Of a DNA stretch of 64,000 nucleotides, positions 21,448 through 32,858 are shown in pieces; position 1 is the stretch's first letter; every line of letters starts with the position of its first letter. This DNA comes from Naegleria gruberi (taxonomy: Eukaryota): assembly GCA_000004985.1 (NCBI GenBank), contig GG738873.1; one strand, 5' to 3'. The notes below the pieces were generated by a model that saw nothing but the letters and a program-made list of their open reading frames with translations, had not been told where the DNA came from and ran no database searches. The translations under genes were made by a program, and so were the position numbers.

Positions 21448-22068
21448 TTTCAAAATTGGACGTTTTAATATATTTACAAGGGAAATTGTTTTGCTCCGGA
21501 AGAAAATGCAGCCAAATATTATTAATTTAAATATTTACAAAATATTGATGATTTAAAAGAGAAATGAAGGTTGTTGTATTAATTTCTACTCGTGATACTT
21601 TTTCTAATATGTAATTACAAGTACAAAGTTTTTTATAGCACACACAACAAGAGATTCTCGATTATAACAATATTGGCGCGTGTTTTCTTTTTTTATTGAT
21701 AATGTGTGCACTTGAAGGCATTTTAGAAGCAAGGTTGCTTTTTTCCTTGGGCGGGAATTGAAAAAATATGAATCTTCTGTGTCCGTTGCTCAAAGAAGAA
21801 AAATAGTGCAAGTAAGCAAAGGAAGTCACACCGATGACGTGGTTTTAATTGGTGAGGGATAATGGTAGAATGTGAGATTAGGAAAATTCAAGAGGGATGA
21901 TTCAAATTTGAAGGAAAATTATTTACCTTATTATTGAAGATGTGTAAAACACGTTTTCTTATTGTAAAGAGCTTGATACATTCTGTTCACTGTAGTTTGA
22001 TCTCATTAAATTGAATAATATTGTTTAGATTTCTAATAAATAGAGAGCTAATTGTTTATTCCTTCAAT

Positions 22069-23238
22069 CTATTCGTTTGAAGGAAGTTTAATGGCACTTT
22101 CAACTTTTTGTCTACAAATTGGACACTTGTTTGTTTGCTCTTTCAGTGCAGTTGCACATCCCTCACATAAGGACATGTGACCACAAGGTAAAACAACAGT
22201 ATTAGCCTCTTCAGACATACAAACAACACATAAATTCTCTTCCTCTTCATGATGATGATCATTGGTGGATTGCTGATATATTTCTCCAACTTCAAAAAGT
22301 TCATTTCCAACTACAATTTTCTGTTTGTTGACCTTGATGGAATATGATTGATCATTACCCTGTTGTTCTAAAGAACACAAAGAATACTGTGTAGAGGTGT
22401 CACAAGACAATACCACTACAAGAGGAACGAGTTGAGATTGTAATTCAACTTCTTCATTCTCAACCTGTGGTGGAATATTTGAATATTGTAAATCTTCTCT
22501 ATTCGGGAATTCATTTTTGAAATCAATTAATATATCATTTAAAGTACATTCGACAAAAGCCGATTCATTATAGTCCTTTCTTGTATCATTGTCACTATTC
22601 AAATCCACTCGTGTTTCTTCTTGTGTTGAGTCTAAATTCATAAAGTCTTGATGATGGAATGATTTAGCAGGAATTTCATGACTCAATACTGATACATATG
22701 CAACTCTTCCATCAATCATAATTTCTCTAGCTTTTAAATATACAAATACTTTACATTCTTCAACAAATGAAGACCTAACATTAAATTTAAAAGAAAGTTG
22801 ATAGTGATTTTCTTGATTACTATTTTTAAGCAAAATTGAATTCTTTTGTATATTAATATCATTTCTTAATAACATTGTTTCCTTGAATTCGAATTTTCTA
22901 AATGTCGGTTGATCACTTCCTCCATGAATTGTATTATCAGAAGTGCCTAATAACCCCTCTACACCTCCATAATATCCAAATAAATTCATCAATTCTTCAG
23001 AGTTGTTGGTAGAGAAAAATTCCTGATTCAACAAGCCATCAATAATCATCGGAGCGCCTCCGAATAATAATTGAGGATGAGAATTTGTTGTATTTGATGA
23101 TGGTAATTCACTATTATTTAATGTTGTTGGAGCTGCACCACTTGGTGCATTTTCGTTTTCCGATTGATTTTCCAAATCGTCGTCATCTCTGAGAGTTCGG
23201 TGTTGTTGGTCTTGATGGAAAGTAAGAGTTTGTCCCAT
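22069..23238 (-). CDS. MGRN1 (mahogunin)-like N-myristoylated C3HC4 RING E3 ubiquitin ligase
   Basis: MGQTLTF N-terminus (MGxxxT myristoylation context). C-terminal RING CVVCMSEEANTVVLPCGHMSLCEGCATALKEQTNKCPICRQ. Central region aligns to the MGRN1 SPRY-like segment. Confidence 0.7.
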   Translation of the reverse strand: MGQTLTFHQDQQHRTLRDDDDLENQSENENAPSGAAPTTLNNSELPSSNTTNSHPQLLFGGAPMIIDGLLNQEFFSTNNSEELMNLFGYYGGVEGLLGTSDNTIHGGSDQPTFRKFEFKETMLLRNDINIQKNSILLKNSNQENHYQLSFKFNVRSSFVEECKVFVYLKAREIMIDGRVAYVSVLSHEIPAKSFHHQDFMNLDSTQEETRVDLNSDNDTRKDYNESAFVECTLNDILIDFKNEFPNREDLQYSNIPPQVENEEVELQSQLVPLVVVLSCDTSTQYSLCSLEQQGNDQSYSIKVNKQKIVVGNELFEVGEIYQQSTNDHHHEEEENLCVVCMSEEANTVVLPCGHMSLCEGCATALKEQTNKCPICRQKVESAIKLPSNE

Positions 23239-23471
23239 TTTTTAAGAATGTTTCTTGTTGATGTTTATTAATAAAACAACATATCAAATTTCTTCATTTA
23301 AAATTGTTCAAGCCGAGACAATAAAGTTCAATTAGTGTGGCTTACCAAAGCTTTCGGACAGCGGATTCTCTAAGATTTTAATGTCGTTAATCGTTTTTTT
23401 GTTGAATACATTCATCATGATATTTAATAAGAGTTTACAATAGTTTAGATCAGTTTCGAATGTATACAAAG

Positions 23472-24737
23472 TTAAGCTTTAGGATTTTGAGCGGAACTAG
23501 AAATGGATTTTACAATTTGTTTGATTGCAGCACCTTCTCCAAAACGTAAAATGTAAGGTGCAACTACAGACATGTCAAAAGCACATTGATTTCTCATGTA
23601 ACAGATGGCAATCATTCCTTCAGTATCTCTTTCAGCAGCAGTATTTGTCATTAAACATGGTGTTTCCTTCTCACATCCATAATAGAAAAATTCATGTTTG
23701 CATGTTGTAAAGAGAGATCTACGTCCCAAACCATTCCACTTCTTTTTACATTCAACTTGACATGCAACACATGTTGTATTAGAATATGATGTGAATTGAA
23801 CTTGTGGTAAAGCCAATGAAGTTGGTCCAAGAATACCATTAAATAGTGCAGGAGAATTCATCAATAAATTCAATGCTCCCATTGAAAATTCCATTCTTGA
23901 AGCACCTCCTTTTGGTGATGTAGTTCTAGTGACAGAAATTTGTGTTGAGATTTCATTTGCTGTTGGTGCTGGTGTTGACGAAATAGAACGAAGACTATCC
24001 TTGAGAGCAGTATTTCTATTCTTTGGGCCAATTGAGAGACTGGACTTGGTCTTACTATTCTTGCTGGCAGCTTTACTTTTGGCACTTGTCTTGGAGCTCT
24101 TTGATTTGCTACTGTTCTTTGAAGAAGATTTACTAGAACTCTTTGAGCTCTTACTTGCTGATTTTCCACTTTTTCCACTTTTACCACCACTTTTGCCAGA
24201 ACCCTTTCCACCATTTCTTCCACTTTTTCCACTGGCTCCTTTTCCACCTCTGCCACCTCTTCCTCCAGAGCTGCCACCTCTGCCTCCTCCACCACGTCCA
24301 CCCTTTCCACTAGCTCCATTACCACCTCTGCCTCCAGAACTGCCTCTGCCAGAACCACCTCTGCCTCCTGCACTGCCACCTCTACCACCACGTCCACCAC
24401 CTCTGCCTCCAGAACCACCACGTCCACCTCTTCCACCTCTGCCTCCACCACGTCCACCTCCTCTTCCACCACCTCTGCCTCCACCACCACGACCTCCACC
24501 TCTTCCAAGGACACTGACACCATGTATCATCTCTAAATCTTCATCTTCATGTTTAAGAGTATTCTTTTTGAATGTATCGCTTGAACTAGAACTTGTGGTT
24601 GAGAGAGTTTGTGCACAATTAGGGCGTGAAGCTCTAACATGTCCAACATGTAACAAGGCAATACTTAACACTAACAAAAGTAACAAGCTAGCAATAACTG
24701 AAAACTCTCTTGATAGTTTGTCCTTTCTGATAGTCAT
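23472..24737 (-). CDS. Signal-peptide Gly/Arg-rich (GGRGG)n, Lys/Ser-rich protein with Cys-rich C-terminal domain (intact paralogue)
   Basis: Same architecture as 4888..5944: signal peptide, RPNCAQTLSTTS, DTFKKNTL, long GGRGG array, SKSSK array, C-terminal CVACQVECKKKWNGLG...FYYGCEK. Single uninterrupted 421-aa ORF. Confidence 0.7.
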   Translation of the reverse strand: MTIRKDKLSREFSVIASLLLLLVLSIALLHVGHVRASRPNCAQTLSTTSSSSSDTFKKNTLKHEDEDLEMIHGVSVLGRGGGRGGGGRGGGRGGGRGGGRGGRGGRGGSGGRGGGRGGRGGSAGGRGGSGRGSSGGRGGNGASGKGGRGGGGRGGSSGGRGGRGGKGASGKSGRNGGKGSGKSGGKSGKSGKSASKSSKSSSKSSSKNSSKSKSSKTSAKSKAASKNSKTKSSLSIGPKNRNTALKDSLRSISSTPAPTANEISTQISVTRTTSPKGGASRMEFSMGALNLLMNSPALFNGILGPTSLALPQVQFTSYSNTTCVACQVECKKKWNGLGRRSLFTTCKHEFFYYGCEKETPCLMTNTAAERDTEGMIAICYMRNQCAFDMSVVAPYILRFGEGAAIKQIVKSISSSAQNPKA

Positions 24738-25463
24738 ATTTTTTTACAATGTTTAGCTAGAGTCAGTTTTACTCAGTTGACTCTCATTAATTTCGGTGAT
24801 AAGCGCATTGGATCATAGATCCCGTACATAACATATACCATGTTTTAATTGGACAATGTTTACACATTGACAGGTCATACAGTGTCAAAAACAGAAATAA
24901 ACTCACAGTCACTCTTCTACAGTAGAATCAAGATATAAACCGATGTTGTCGTGATAAACAAAAAAACAACTGTTTAGGATTAGTTCTAATCTCGCAAAGG
25001 CAAGAACCAAGATTGTTATCAAAGGACAAGGATATTTTCCTGAATTTTAATCTCGACTCGAGTGCTCTTTGGCTTGTTTACTTGTTGTTTGAAAAGCCAA
25101 GTAACTTGTCGAATAAGGGCTAATTTTGGCTTCATTATGCCATTATTTCCTTAATCATTTTCACAACAACGGTATACTAACGGTTGTAGTTTTCTTTTAA
25201 TTGTTTCAGCTGTTTGAGCTGACACAAACTGGACATGGGCAAATAGCACTTTCAAGAGACGAATCATGTTTCAATAATTTGTCTTTGGAGTATGAACACT
25301 TCTTAAGGTTTAAATGATTTGAAGAAATAATGAAAAAGGAACTATTTTATTGAATACCAATTTGGAGCATATGAAATTCAAAAGTTCTCCCGCCCTTGCA
25401 TTTTACTGTTATTTTTAAAACATCAACAGCCATAACGTAATTTACAAGTTTTTCTTCAAAAAA

Positions 25464-27776
25464 ATGTCTTCACAACACATCAATGACGACAAGGAGGGGG
25501 ATCGTACTACTAATGACGACCATAGTAAATCGGTTGTTAGTGAAGATTTTACTCCTAGAACCTTGCAACAATTAAATGAAGCTGTAATAGAAGGTACAAA
25601 TGACCATTCTTTGGATTTAGAACCACCAAATCAACACGAACATCAACTCTATAAAAAAATGGCTTCAGATCATCAACCAGAGCCATCCTCTAATAATAAG
25701 GAGGTTGAACATCAAAAGGAAAATCAACCTCATAAGGAAGCCACTAAGGAAAGCCATAATGTAGATGAAACCAAAAAGGAAAAAAAAGAACATAAACAAG
25801 ATGAGCACAAGGAACAAAAAGAAAACAAGGAAACTAAGGAACACAAGGAGGAAAAAGAACACAAGGAAGAAAGGAAGGACCACAAAGAACCAAATAATGA
25901 TGAGGAATTTTTGCATCCAGACGAAAAACCATCAAACATAGTACCACCACAAAGAAGTTATGGTAGTTCGCCTTCATTAGAAGATCAAGAAAGAGCAGAT
26001 ATGCATTTCCAAAATACTATATTAACATTGGATAATTTAAAAAATCGTAGCACAACAAGACACACTAAACAAGTTATTTCAACATCCAACTCATCTTCCT
26101 CAATAACCTCTAAAGCTTCCCGTTCTTCATCCAATAGTACTTCAACCTCAAATCTTAATAATCTTAACAACACTGCTCCTAACAATGAAGAAAATAGTAA
26201 CACCAGTAGTAGTAATACAGTAGAAGAAAAGAAGGAAACAACTACCAAACAACATGAAGTTGAAAATCATCTCACCAAACCTGAGCAATCAGACACAACT
26301 CATGATACTCCAACAGCTCCAATCAATGAGTCAAAACAACAAAATGAGGAAAAGAAGGAGCACAAGGAAAAGAAGGAACATAAAGAAAAGGAAGCCACTA
26401 AAGAAAACCATAGTGTTGATCAACCCAAAAAGGATCAAGAGCATAAGGAGGTTAAAGAACACAAAGAAACTAAGGAACAAAAGGATCATAAAGAAGAAAA
26501 GAAGCAAGTTAAAGAACACAAGGAAGAACCTAAAAAGCAACACAAAGAAGAGCACAAAGTGGACGAACATCCTGTTGTTCAAAAGGAACCAGTGAATCCG
26601 AAGAAAACTCAACCACAAGCTTCTGAACACAAACAGCAAGAACCAACATTTAATGTAGAAGAACAATCCAATATTATCTCCACAACCACAACAACAGAAA
26701 AGAAAAAGAAGAAGAAACCATCAGGGCAAGTCACAACAGAAACTACTACTGTCACAACAACAGTGATAAAGAAGAAAAAGACGCCTCCAACAGACGAGCC
26801 ACCTGAAAGAGATTTTCTTCAAGAAAGATTGGAGGAACAACGTAAACAAGAGTCAATATCTGATGCCAATAACACAAAGAAAAATGATGGTTCAAAACCT
26901 CTTTATAAAAGATTAGAAGAAGAGTTTAATGACAGAATGATGAAAGAAAAGGAAAAGGAAAAAGAATTGCTTAAGGAACTGAGGAAAGATTTCGAACCTA
27001 AAAGACAAGGATTTAAGGACTCTCAATTTGAATCAGTTCACAAAGAAAAGTTACAAATAATGAGAGAAGAAAGGGAAAGGGAACGTCTCAGAGCACAATC
27101 AGAGAAAACATTACAACAATATCATTACAATAAGATCTTTGACATCATGCAAGAGGAGGAAAAGCAAAAAAAAATTGCAGAAGAACAGGAGAAAGAAAAG
27201 AAGAAACAACTTTTGAAACAACAACAAGTATATGCTGAAAAGTTGAGAAAAGTCAAGGTTAAAATTGATGATAAAAAGAGAGAAGAAATTGAAAATAGAT
27301 TACATAAGAAATCAAAGCTTAAAGATATGACAAAGAATAGTTCTTCAACTGGTGTCATTCAAACAGACGCCCCATCAACACCAACTCGCGAATTATCAGA
27401 AATTCCACCCACCAAGATTCTTAATCCTCCTCATACTGTTCCTAAAAAGAAGAAGAGATCAAACAAATTGCCTTCTCTTGACAAAAAACTTCCTAAGAAA
27501 GCCTCCACTTCAGAACAAAACCGACGTCAAAAAGATCTAGGTGAAAACTATATGGAAGCCAATAAGAAACATGGTAAAAAGAAGAGTAAGCAACCTGAGG
27601 TTAACGTTGAAGAAATAGAAGAATTGAAGAGGAGAGCTGAAAGAATGGAAAAGAGAGCAGAACAAGCCTTAAATAAGGATGATATTGATGATACAGATAC
27701 TGACGTTTTGGCTAATGCTTTAAAGGCAAAATTAGAATTATATCAACGTGTAAAAAGGAATAACAACCAAAAGTAA
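25464..27776 (+). CDS. Highly charged Lys/Glu-rich repeat protein (KEHKEEKEHKE repeats), hypothetical
   Basis: 770-aa ORF with AAAAAAATG start. Two blocks of KEHKE-type repeats and a charged coiled-coil-like C-terminal half. Confidence 0.55.
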   Translation: MSSQHINDDKEGDRTTNDDHSKSVVSEDFTPRTLQQLNEAVIEGTNDHSLDLEPPNQHEHQLYKKMASDHQPEPSSNNKEVEHQKENQPHKEATKESHNVDETKKEKKEHKQDEHKEQKENKETKEHKEEKEHKEERKDHKEPNNDEEFLHPDEKPSNIVPPQRSYGSSPSLEDQERADMHFQNTILTLDNLKNRSTTRHTKQVISTSNSSSSITSKASRSSSNSTSTSNLNNLNNTAPNNEENSNTSSSNTVEEKKETTTKQHEVENHLTKPEQSDTTHDTPTAPINESKQQNEEKKEHKEKKEHKEKEATKENHSVDQPKKDQEHKEVKEHKETKEQKDHKEEKKQVKEHKEEPKKQHKEEHKVDEHPVVQKEPVNPKKTQPQASEHKQQEPTFNVEEQSNIISTTTTTEKKKKKKPSGQVTTETTTVTTTVIKKKKTPPTDEPPERDFLQERLEEQRKQESISDANNTKKNDGSKPLYKRLEEEFNDRMMKEKEKEKELLKELRKDFEPKRQGFKDSQFESVHKEKLQIMREERERERLRAQSEKTLQQYHYNKIFDIMQEEEKQKKIAEEQEKEKKKQLLKQQQVYAEKLRKVKVKIDDKKREEIENRLHKKSKLKDMTKNSSSTGVIQTDAPSTPTRELSEIPPTKILNPPHTVPKKKKRSNKLPSLDKKLPKKASTSEQNRRQKDLGENYMEANKKHGKKKSKQPEVNVEEIEELKRRAERMEKRAEQALNKDDIDDTDTDVLANALKAKLELYQRVKRNNNQK

Positions 27777-28065
27777 AATTATATATTTATTGATATTGGT
27801 TGAGTTATTCGAAGCCTTAGTTACACTAAAGCATCAACTAACCTATTGAACAACAGCTGTTAAGGAATTTTGTTCGAATCTGTTTCCGTATCGTTTTTTT
27901 AAGGCAAAGTGAAAGTTCTATACAACAGTTAATGATTGGACAATTGTTGGGTTAATCAATTTCGTCTGGAGAGAAATTTTTCGATCCACTTGTTGAAGAG
28001 CTTCGTGTAACGAAAGAAATAATTGATGGAAATTAACAAAAATAAATCAAAATATAATTTAAAAA

Positions 28066-28827
28066 ATGCTCAGACGTACCCTCGCTGTTAAAAGTACTTT
28101 CGCTCTTGCTCAAGGTTTTGCCACCAAGCAAGCCATGATGTTCCACACTGCTAGATCCATGATGATGAACACTGAAAAGCTTGACGTTAATGTCTTGTTG
28201 AAGGAACAAAAGGAAAAGCAAAAGCTCAAGGAATTGGAAAAGAAACTCCAAAGAGAACACGCCCAAAAGATTAAACAACAAAAACAAAAGTCTAAAGAAG
28301 CCCTCGATTTGATCAAACAAAAGCAAGCCGACAAGGAAAAGGAAAAGAGTACTCGTAAAAAGAAGGACGTTAATTCACCAAAGAGAGCCTTGACTCCATT
28401 GCTTTGGTTTACTACTCGTAACTTTGCTTTGATCCAAGGTGAATTGATTTCAAATGGTACTATTAAACCAGATACTCCAAGCAAGTTTACTCTTGTTCAA
28501 GGTGAACTAAAGAAGAGATGGGACTCTTTGGCTGAAGCTGAAAAGAATATTTATGTTGATTTGGCTGCTCAAGATAAACTTCGTTATCAAAAGGAAATGA
28601 AGGCTTACAACAAAAAGAAGGAAGCTAACAAGAGACCAATGACTTCTTACATGCGTTTCTTCATGGAAATTAGACCTCAATTGATCCAAGAAAATCCAAC
28701 TGCCAAGGTTACTGAAATCACAAAGCTAGCTGCTCAACGTTGGAAGGAATTGTCAGCAACAAAGAAGAAGGTTTATCAAGAAGCTTTCGAAGCTGATATG
28801 GAAGTTTATAGATCAGCTCGCGAATAA
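28066..28827 (+). CDS. Mitochondrial HMG-box DNA-binding protein (TFAM/Abf2-like), two HMG boxes
   Basis: N-terminal MLRRTLAVKSTFALAQGF presequence. Two HMG-box-like segments (PKRALTPLLWF...; KRPMTSYMRFFMEIRPQLIQENP...AAQRWKEL). Confidence 0.7.
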   Translation: MLRRTLAVKSTFALAQGFATKQAMMFHTARSMMMNTEKLDVNVLLKEQKEKQKLKELEKKLQREHAQKIKQQKQKSKEALDLIKQKQADKEKEKSTRKKKDVNSPKRALTPLLWFTTRNFALIQGELISNGTIKPDTPSKFTLVQGELKKRWDSLAEAEKNIYVDLAAQDKLRYQKEMKAYNKKKEANKRPMTSYMRFFMEIRPQLIQENPTAKVTEITKLAAQRWKELSATKKKVYQEAFEADMEVYRSARE

Positions 28828-28898
28828 ATCATTCACTCACTAATTGGTTATTACAAAAATTGTTTAATTCGTGTGAAATAGGCCAAAAAAGGGATGTT

Positions 28899-29867
28899 TT
28901 ATAATTTTTTGAATTTGTAACGATGGTTGTTCAAATCAATGATATCAACAAAATTTTGATTCAACAAGAAGTGACCATACTCACTTGCAACAATCATGAT
29001 TGGTAATACGAATGGAAATACAAGAATTGCCAATTTGAAATGTTCTCTTCCGAGTGGAGCTCCAACTTGAGTCAACAAATGATAATGTTCAATCATTGAA
29101 GGTGTCCATAATAATAATTCAAATGCAGCAACTAAAATTGAAATGAATAGGCAAATGAATAATATTTGTGGAATCTTTAAATTTCCAATTACTTGAACAT
29201 TGTTGGAATTTTCAATAACTTGTGAAGGTGTTGAAATAACCGAATGATGAGATAAAGAGTTTGATGATTCACCATCGTCCATTGGATGATCTGTTAATAT
29301 TGTACTAGGAGTTGCAAAATATGCTGATGTATTAGACCTATTATTTAAATTATTATTCGTAAATGAATTATATCCCTCTTCACCAGATTTTAATGATAAA
29401 TTAGAATTATTTAAAATTAATTCATTATTATCCATATTATTATTATTATTATTATTGATATTATTGATGTTATAAGTAAAATTACTAGTACTATTATTCA
29501 TTAATAAGTAATTAATAGTTGATTGTTTCCAAATAGTATATCTATAAAAACAACGTATAGACAAAGTTAATAAACCAATTGAAGATAATGTATGAACAAG
29601 TCTAATTCTTTCCATTCCAATTGATTCACCAAAGTCTTCCCCAATCACAGCAAAATACAAGAATAACAATGAACACAAGCCTGATACAATTCCAACACTA
29701 TACGAATAAATCTTGTATTGAACACTTGCATTTTGATAATATGTTTCAACCATTTCCATTTGTTCATCTTCATCATAGAATTGTTTCATTGAATCCGTTT
29801 GTTCATGAGGCGATGATGTTGGTGAAGGAGGAGTTGCTGTAGGGGATCGAATGTAAAGTGTTTTCAT
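28899..29867 (-). CDS. Hypothetical membrane protein with poly-Asn tract
   Basis: First ATG at 29867 in AAAAAAAATG context (ORF called from TTG at 29960). Several hydrophobic helices. Confidence 0.45.
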   Translation of the reverse strand: MKTLYIRSPTATPPSPTSSPHEQTDSMKQFYDEDEQMEMVETYYQNASVQYKIYSYSVGIVSGLCSLLFLYFAVIGEDFGESIGMERIRLVHTLSSIGLLTLSIRCFYRYTIWKQSTINYLLMNNSTSNFTYNINNINNNNNNNMDNNELILNNSNLSLKSGEEGYNSFTNNNLNNRSNTSAYFATPSTILTDHPMDDGESSNSLSHHSVISTPSQVIENSNNVQVIGNLKIPQILFICLFISILVAAFELLLWTPSMIEHYHLLTQVGAPLGREHFKLAILVFPFVLPIMIVASEYGHFLLNQNFVDIIDLNNHRYKFKKL

Positions 29868-30210
29868 TTTTTTTATATTGTTGAAGATGAAAATTACAAT
29901 TTTTCTTCTTGTTGTTTGCAATTGTTGTTGATACAATGAGAGATGCAGAGATGAAGGCAAGTGAAAGTGTTTTTTTATTGTTGCTGTTGATGATGAATCA
30001 TTTTGGGTAGTGTTATTAATTAATTAGCATGTGGGGACTCGAGAATTGGAAATGATTCACACAACGAAAATTGATTAATTTTAATTTTAAAAAGTGCAAG
30101 TTTGTTCAAATTTGTCATAAATATCAAAAATCAGTGAAATTGTCCTTCATAAGACTCTCAATATTTAGTTTCTTCAACTTTCTTGCTTTACTCACAGTTG
30201 AATTATGTTT

Positions 30211-32858
30211 CTAATCTTTCATATCAGTAAGCTTTCTTTCACATTCACGAATTAAACACCTCGATGGTAAATCATTTGGAGCAGTAATCAAGTATTGATT
30301 GAATAAATCCATTGCATCACTGTAGGCCTTATCAAAGTAATATTTGGTTCCTTGATTGTAGGAATTCCATTTTGTCAGCTTAATTTTCTCTTGCAATTCG
30401 TACATCCATTCATCTTCAGTAACTTTGAGAGAAGGTCCCAATTCATAGATTTTCAATTCTTCTTCATCTTGATACGATTGATAGGGAGTTCCTCCCATTC
30501 CATCCATGAAAGCATCATTCAGATTTGGATTCAAGCATGACGGGTCAATTGATTCCACAGAATCTACATAACGATTTTGGAATGATTTTTCACATCGTTC
30601 CTTAGTTGGTTGACTCATTACAAAGGATAGGCCAAGTCGAAGAGCAGATGCCATTAACTTTTCCAAATTATATCGAACACTCGAGATGATTGTAAAGTTT
30701 TTCGCTTCATTTGTTCCAACATTTCCACAAAATGCTTCTTGGGTATGAATGGCAAATCTAAAACTCACACAATCGAATAAATTTCCATACTTTTTGGTCA
30801 ATTCTGGAGTTTTCCATTTTGAAACTTTGATATTTGAAAGTCTGGAAAGAAGAGTGGCTGCAGTTATAGCTCCCTTTTCTTCATGATTTGATTGACAAGA
30901 GGCAGCATTGAATGATATTGTAATAGTTTCATTTTCAAATTGACCAACAAATCCTCCCATACTTCTACTAACGCTATTCACTTGTTCAAACATATCAGAC
31001 ATGATATGAACCAATTCTGAAGGATTCATTGTAATTAAACATTCTGAAAATCCATGAACTAGCAATTGAACACAAGTGATCACTCTTTGCTCCATGTACA
31101 GTGAAAACTTATGGCTCTTACAAACCTTTCGCATATGACTATCTGAATTCTTACTGTTCATAGATAGAGAGTTTTGACTGGAAGTGTCTCCTAATTTGGA
31201 AGATTGTAGTTTCTTTGAAGATTTCTTTTTAAAAGAATAATCTTCATGTGTTGGTTCTTCATCTTCTTCTGTTTCTTCTTTCTCTTCCTCTTGTCCATTC
31301 TCAATTTCTGAAAGTAAATGGGCAGGAATGAAACTCTTATACAGCTTAATTCGGTTGACCATACTAAGAAAGTGACCTTGAAGTTGTTTCACCTCTGAAA
31401 ATGCAGAAGTAATAATACTTAATTGTTCCAGATCCATTTTAGCAACACTTTCGAATTGTTCAATAAGATTATACAATGGTCTGGCTACTCTAATTGAAAA
31501 ATAAACTCCCACAATGATACCAATAACAATCGTAACAAATCCGGCAACACAGGCACAGATAATGGCAATGATCATTGAACCAACATAATTCCAGTATGGA
31601 ACTGACAATACTATAGTCCAATCAATTTGAGAATTAGTACACAATCTAAAAACTGAATTGTAGAAATTATCATGGGAGATTAAGATTAGAGTATTGCAAG
31701 GAATGTTACTCCAATCTTTATACTGTTCAAGTAAATTGGCTCCTAATCGACTCACCTTATCATCTCCAACAGTAGATGGTGTTTTTCTATGTACTTGTCC
31801 ACTGTTATCCCAAGTTGACAGTGGCAGCTCATTATTCACTATTATGAAAAATAAGATTATCTTTCCAAAAGTACTACTTACAAGCAATTAAAAATCCAGT
31901 TTTGGTTTCAACAATAAATCCAGTTGATCTCTGAATATCACTTGTTTGCTCTCTTAAGAAATTAGAAATAGTCGTTACTGTTAAATCATTGGCAATGTAG
32001 TAATGGAAATTATGTCCATTGGGTAAGGGGTATTCACTATTCACAACACAATTGATTGAGGTAATGAAAGTATATTCTGGTACATTTGGATCAGTGTAGC
32101 TCAATGAAAAAACTTGTTGATTTGGGAAAGAATCACACACTGAAACCAATATACTCATATCGAAGAGTGTTGAATATTCATTCGGTGTGGAATTCCTAAA
32201 ACATGTGTTATGTTTAGGAACATCAAGACAATAGTAGATTTCTGATTGATTTCCATTCATTGAAGAATTAATGGTTGCTAAGTAAGGACCCCACTGAAGC
32301 TGACCAAAAGCAGATCCTGCATAATCACCAGCATAGCTTGATATTGTTACATGTGAGAGGTATTTTAAAGAGGACTAATATTAGCATAGTAAACCATTCA
32401 CACATCTGTTCAAGAAATTATTAAGGTTAATAACTTACCTTATAGCCAGAGTAGAGTACACGTTCAAGGTAATTGAAACTATCCTTATCATACATATATT
32501 CATCAGTGATGGTTTGTTGTTTGATGGCTTCATTAAGTACTGAAACTTCCACTAAAGTATCATTTGCAAAATTCAATATTGAAGTAAATTGTTCTTCTCT
32601 AATCATTGTTGATAGATTGAGGACACTTGGTGAAAAACTTGCCAAACAAGTAAGAGTCAATAGAAACACATTCAAAAACAGTAAACCACACGTCAGGACA
32701 ATGATACAGCACCGAATGGAAGTTCCCTTCTTTTGTGTTGTTGTTGTTGTACCAGGAGTTCTTCTTGTTGATTTAGTAGGCTGATGAGTTTGTTCATGTG
32801 ATTTCTTGTATTGATGTTCAGGTGCCACTCTTTGTGATGACCTGAATGAGTGTAGCAT
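30211..32858 (-). CDS. Receptor-like single-pass membrane protein with degenerate class-III nucleotidyl-cyclase homology domain, 3 exons: complement(join(30211..31838,31882..32374,32439..32858))
   Basis: N-terminal signal-anchor, ~300-aa extracellular region, TM helix (IIAIICACVAGFVTIVIGIIVGVYF), then a segment with cyclase-homology pattern (VITCVQLLVHGFSECL...VGQFENETITISFNA) in which the metal-binding Asp positions are replaced. Introns 32375..32438 (GTAAGT..CTAAT..TTAG) and 31839..31881. Confidence 0.55.

Noticed and set aside
21560-22068. GC-containing spacer (ggcgcgtgttttcttttttt...) between the membrane-protein gene start and the MGRN1-like stop, considered as an snRNA/snoRNA
   Set aside because: I could not match U1/U2/U4/U5/U6 conserved blocks or a convincing box C/D arrangement. 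It is left as promoter/terminator sequence pending a covariance-model scan.
25665-26666. Phe/Leu-rich and Ser/Leu-rich minus-strand ORFs inside the KE-rich gene
   Set aside because: Antisense translation of AAG/GAA-rich repeats yields TTC/CTT (Phe/Leu) runs. The + strand ORF is long, has a proper start context and is the plausible gene.
31874-31887. Apparent overlap of ORFs 30211..31887 and 31874..32260 (MLVSSTFGKIILFFIIV... start)
   Set aside because: The overlap is intron read-through. A 43-nt GTAAGT...AATAG intron (31839..31881) joins the two in frame, so the MLVSS... peptide is not real.
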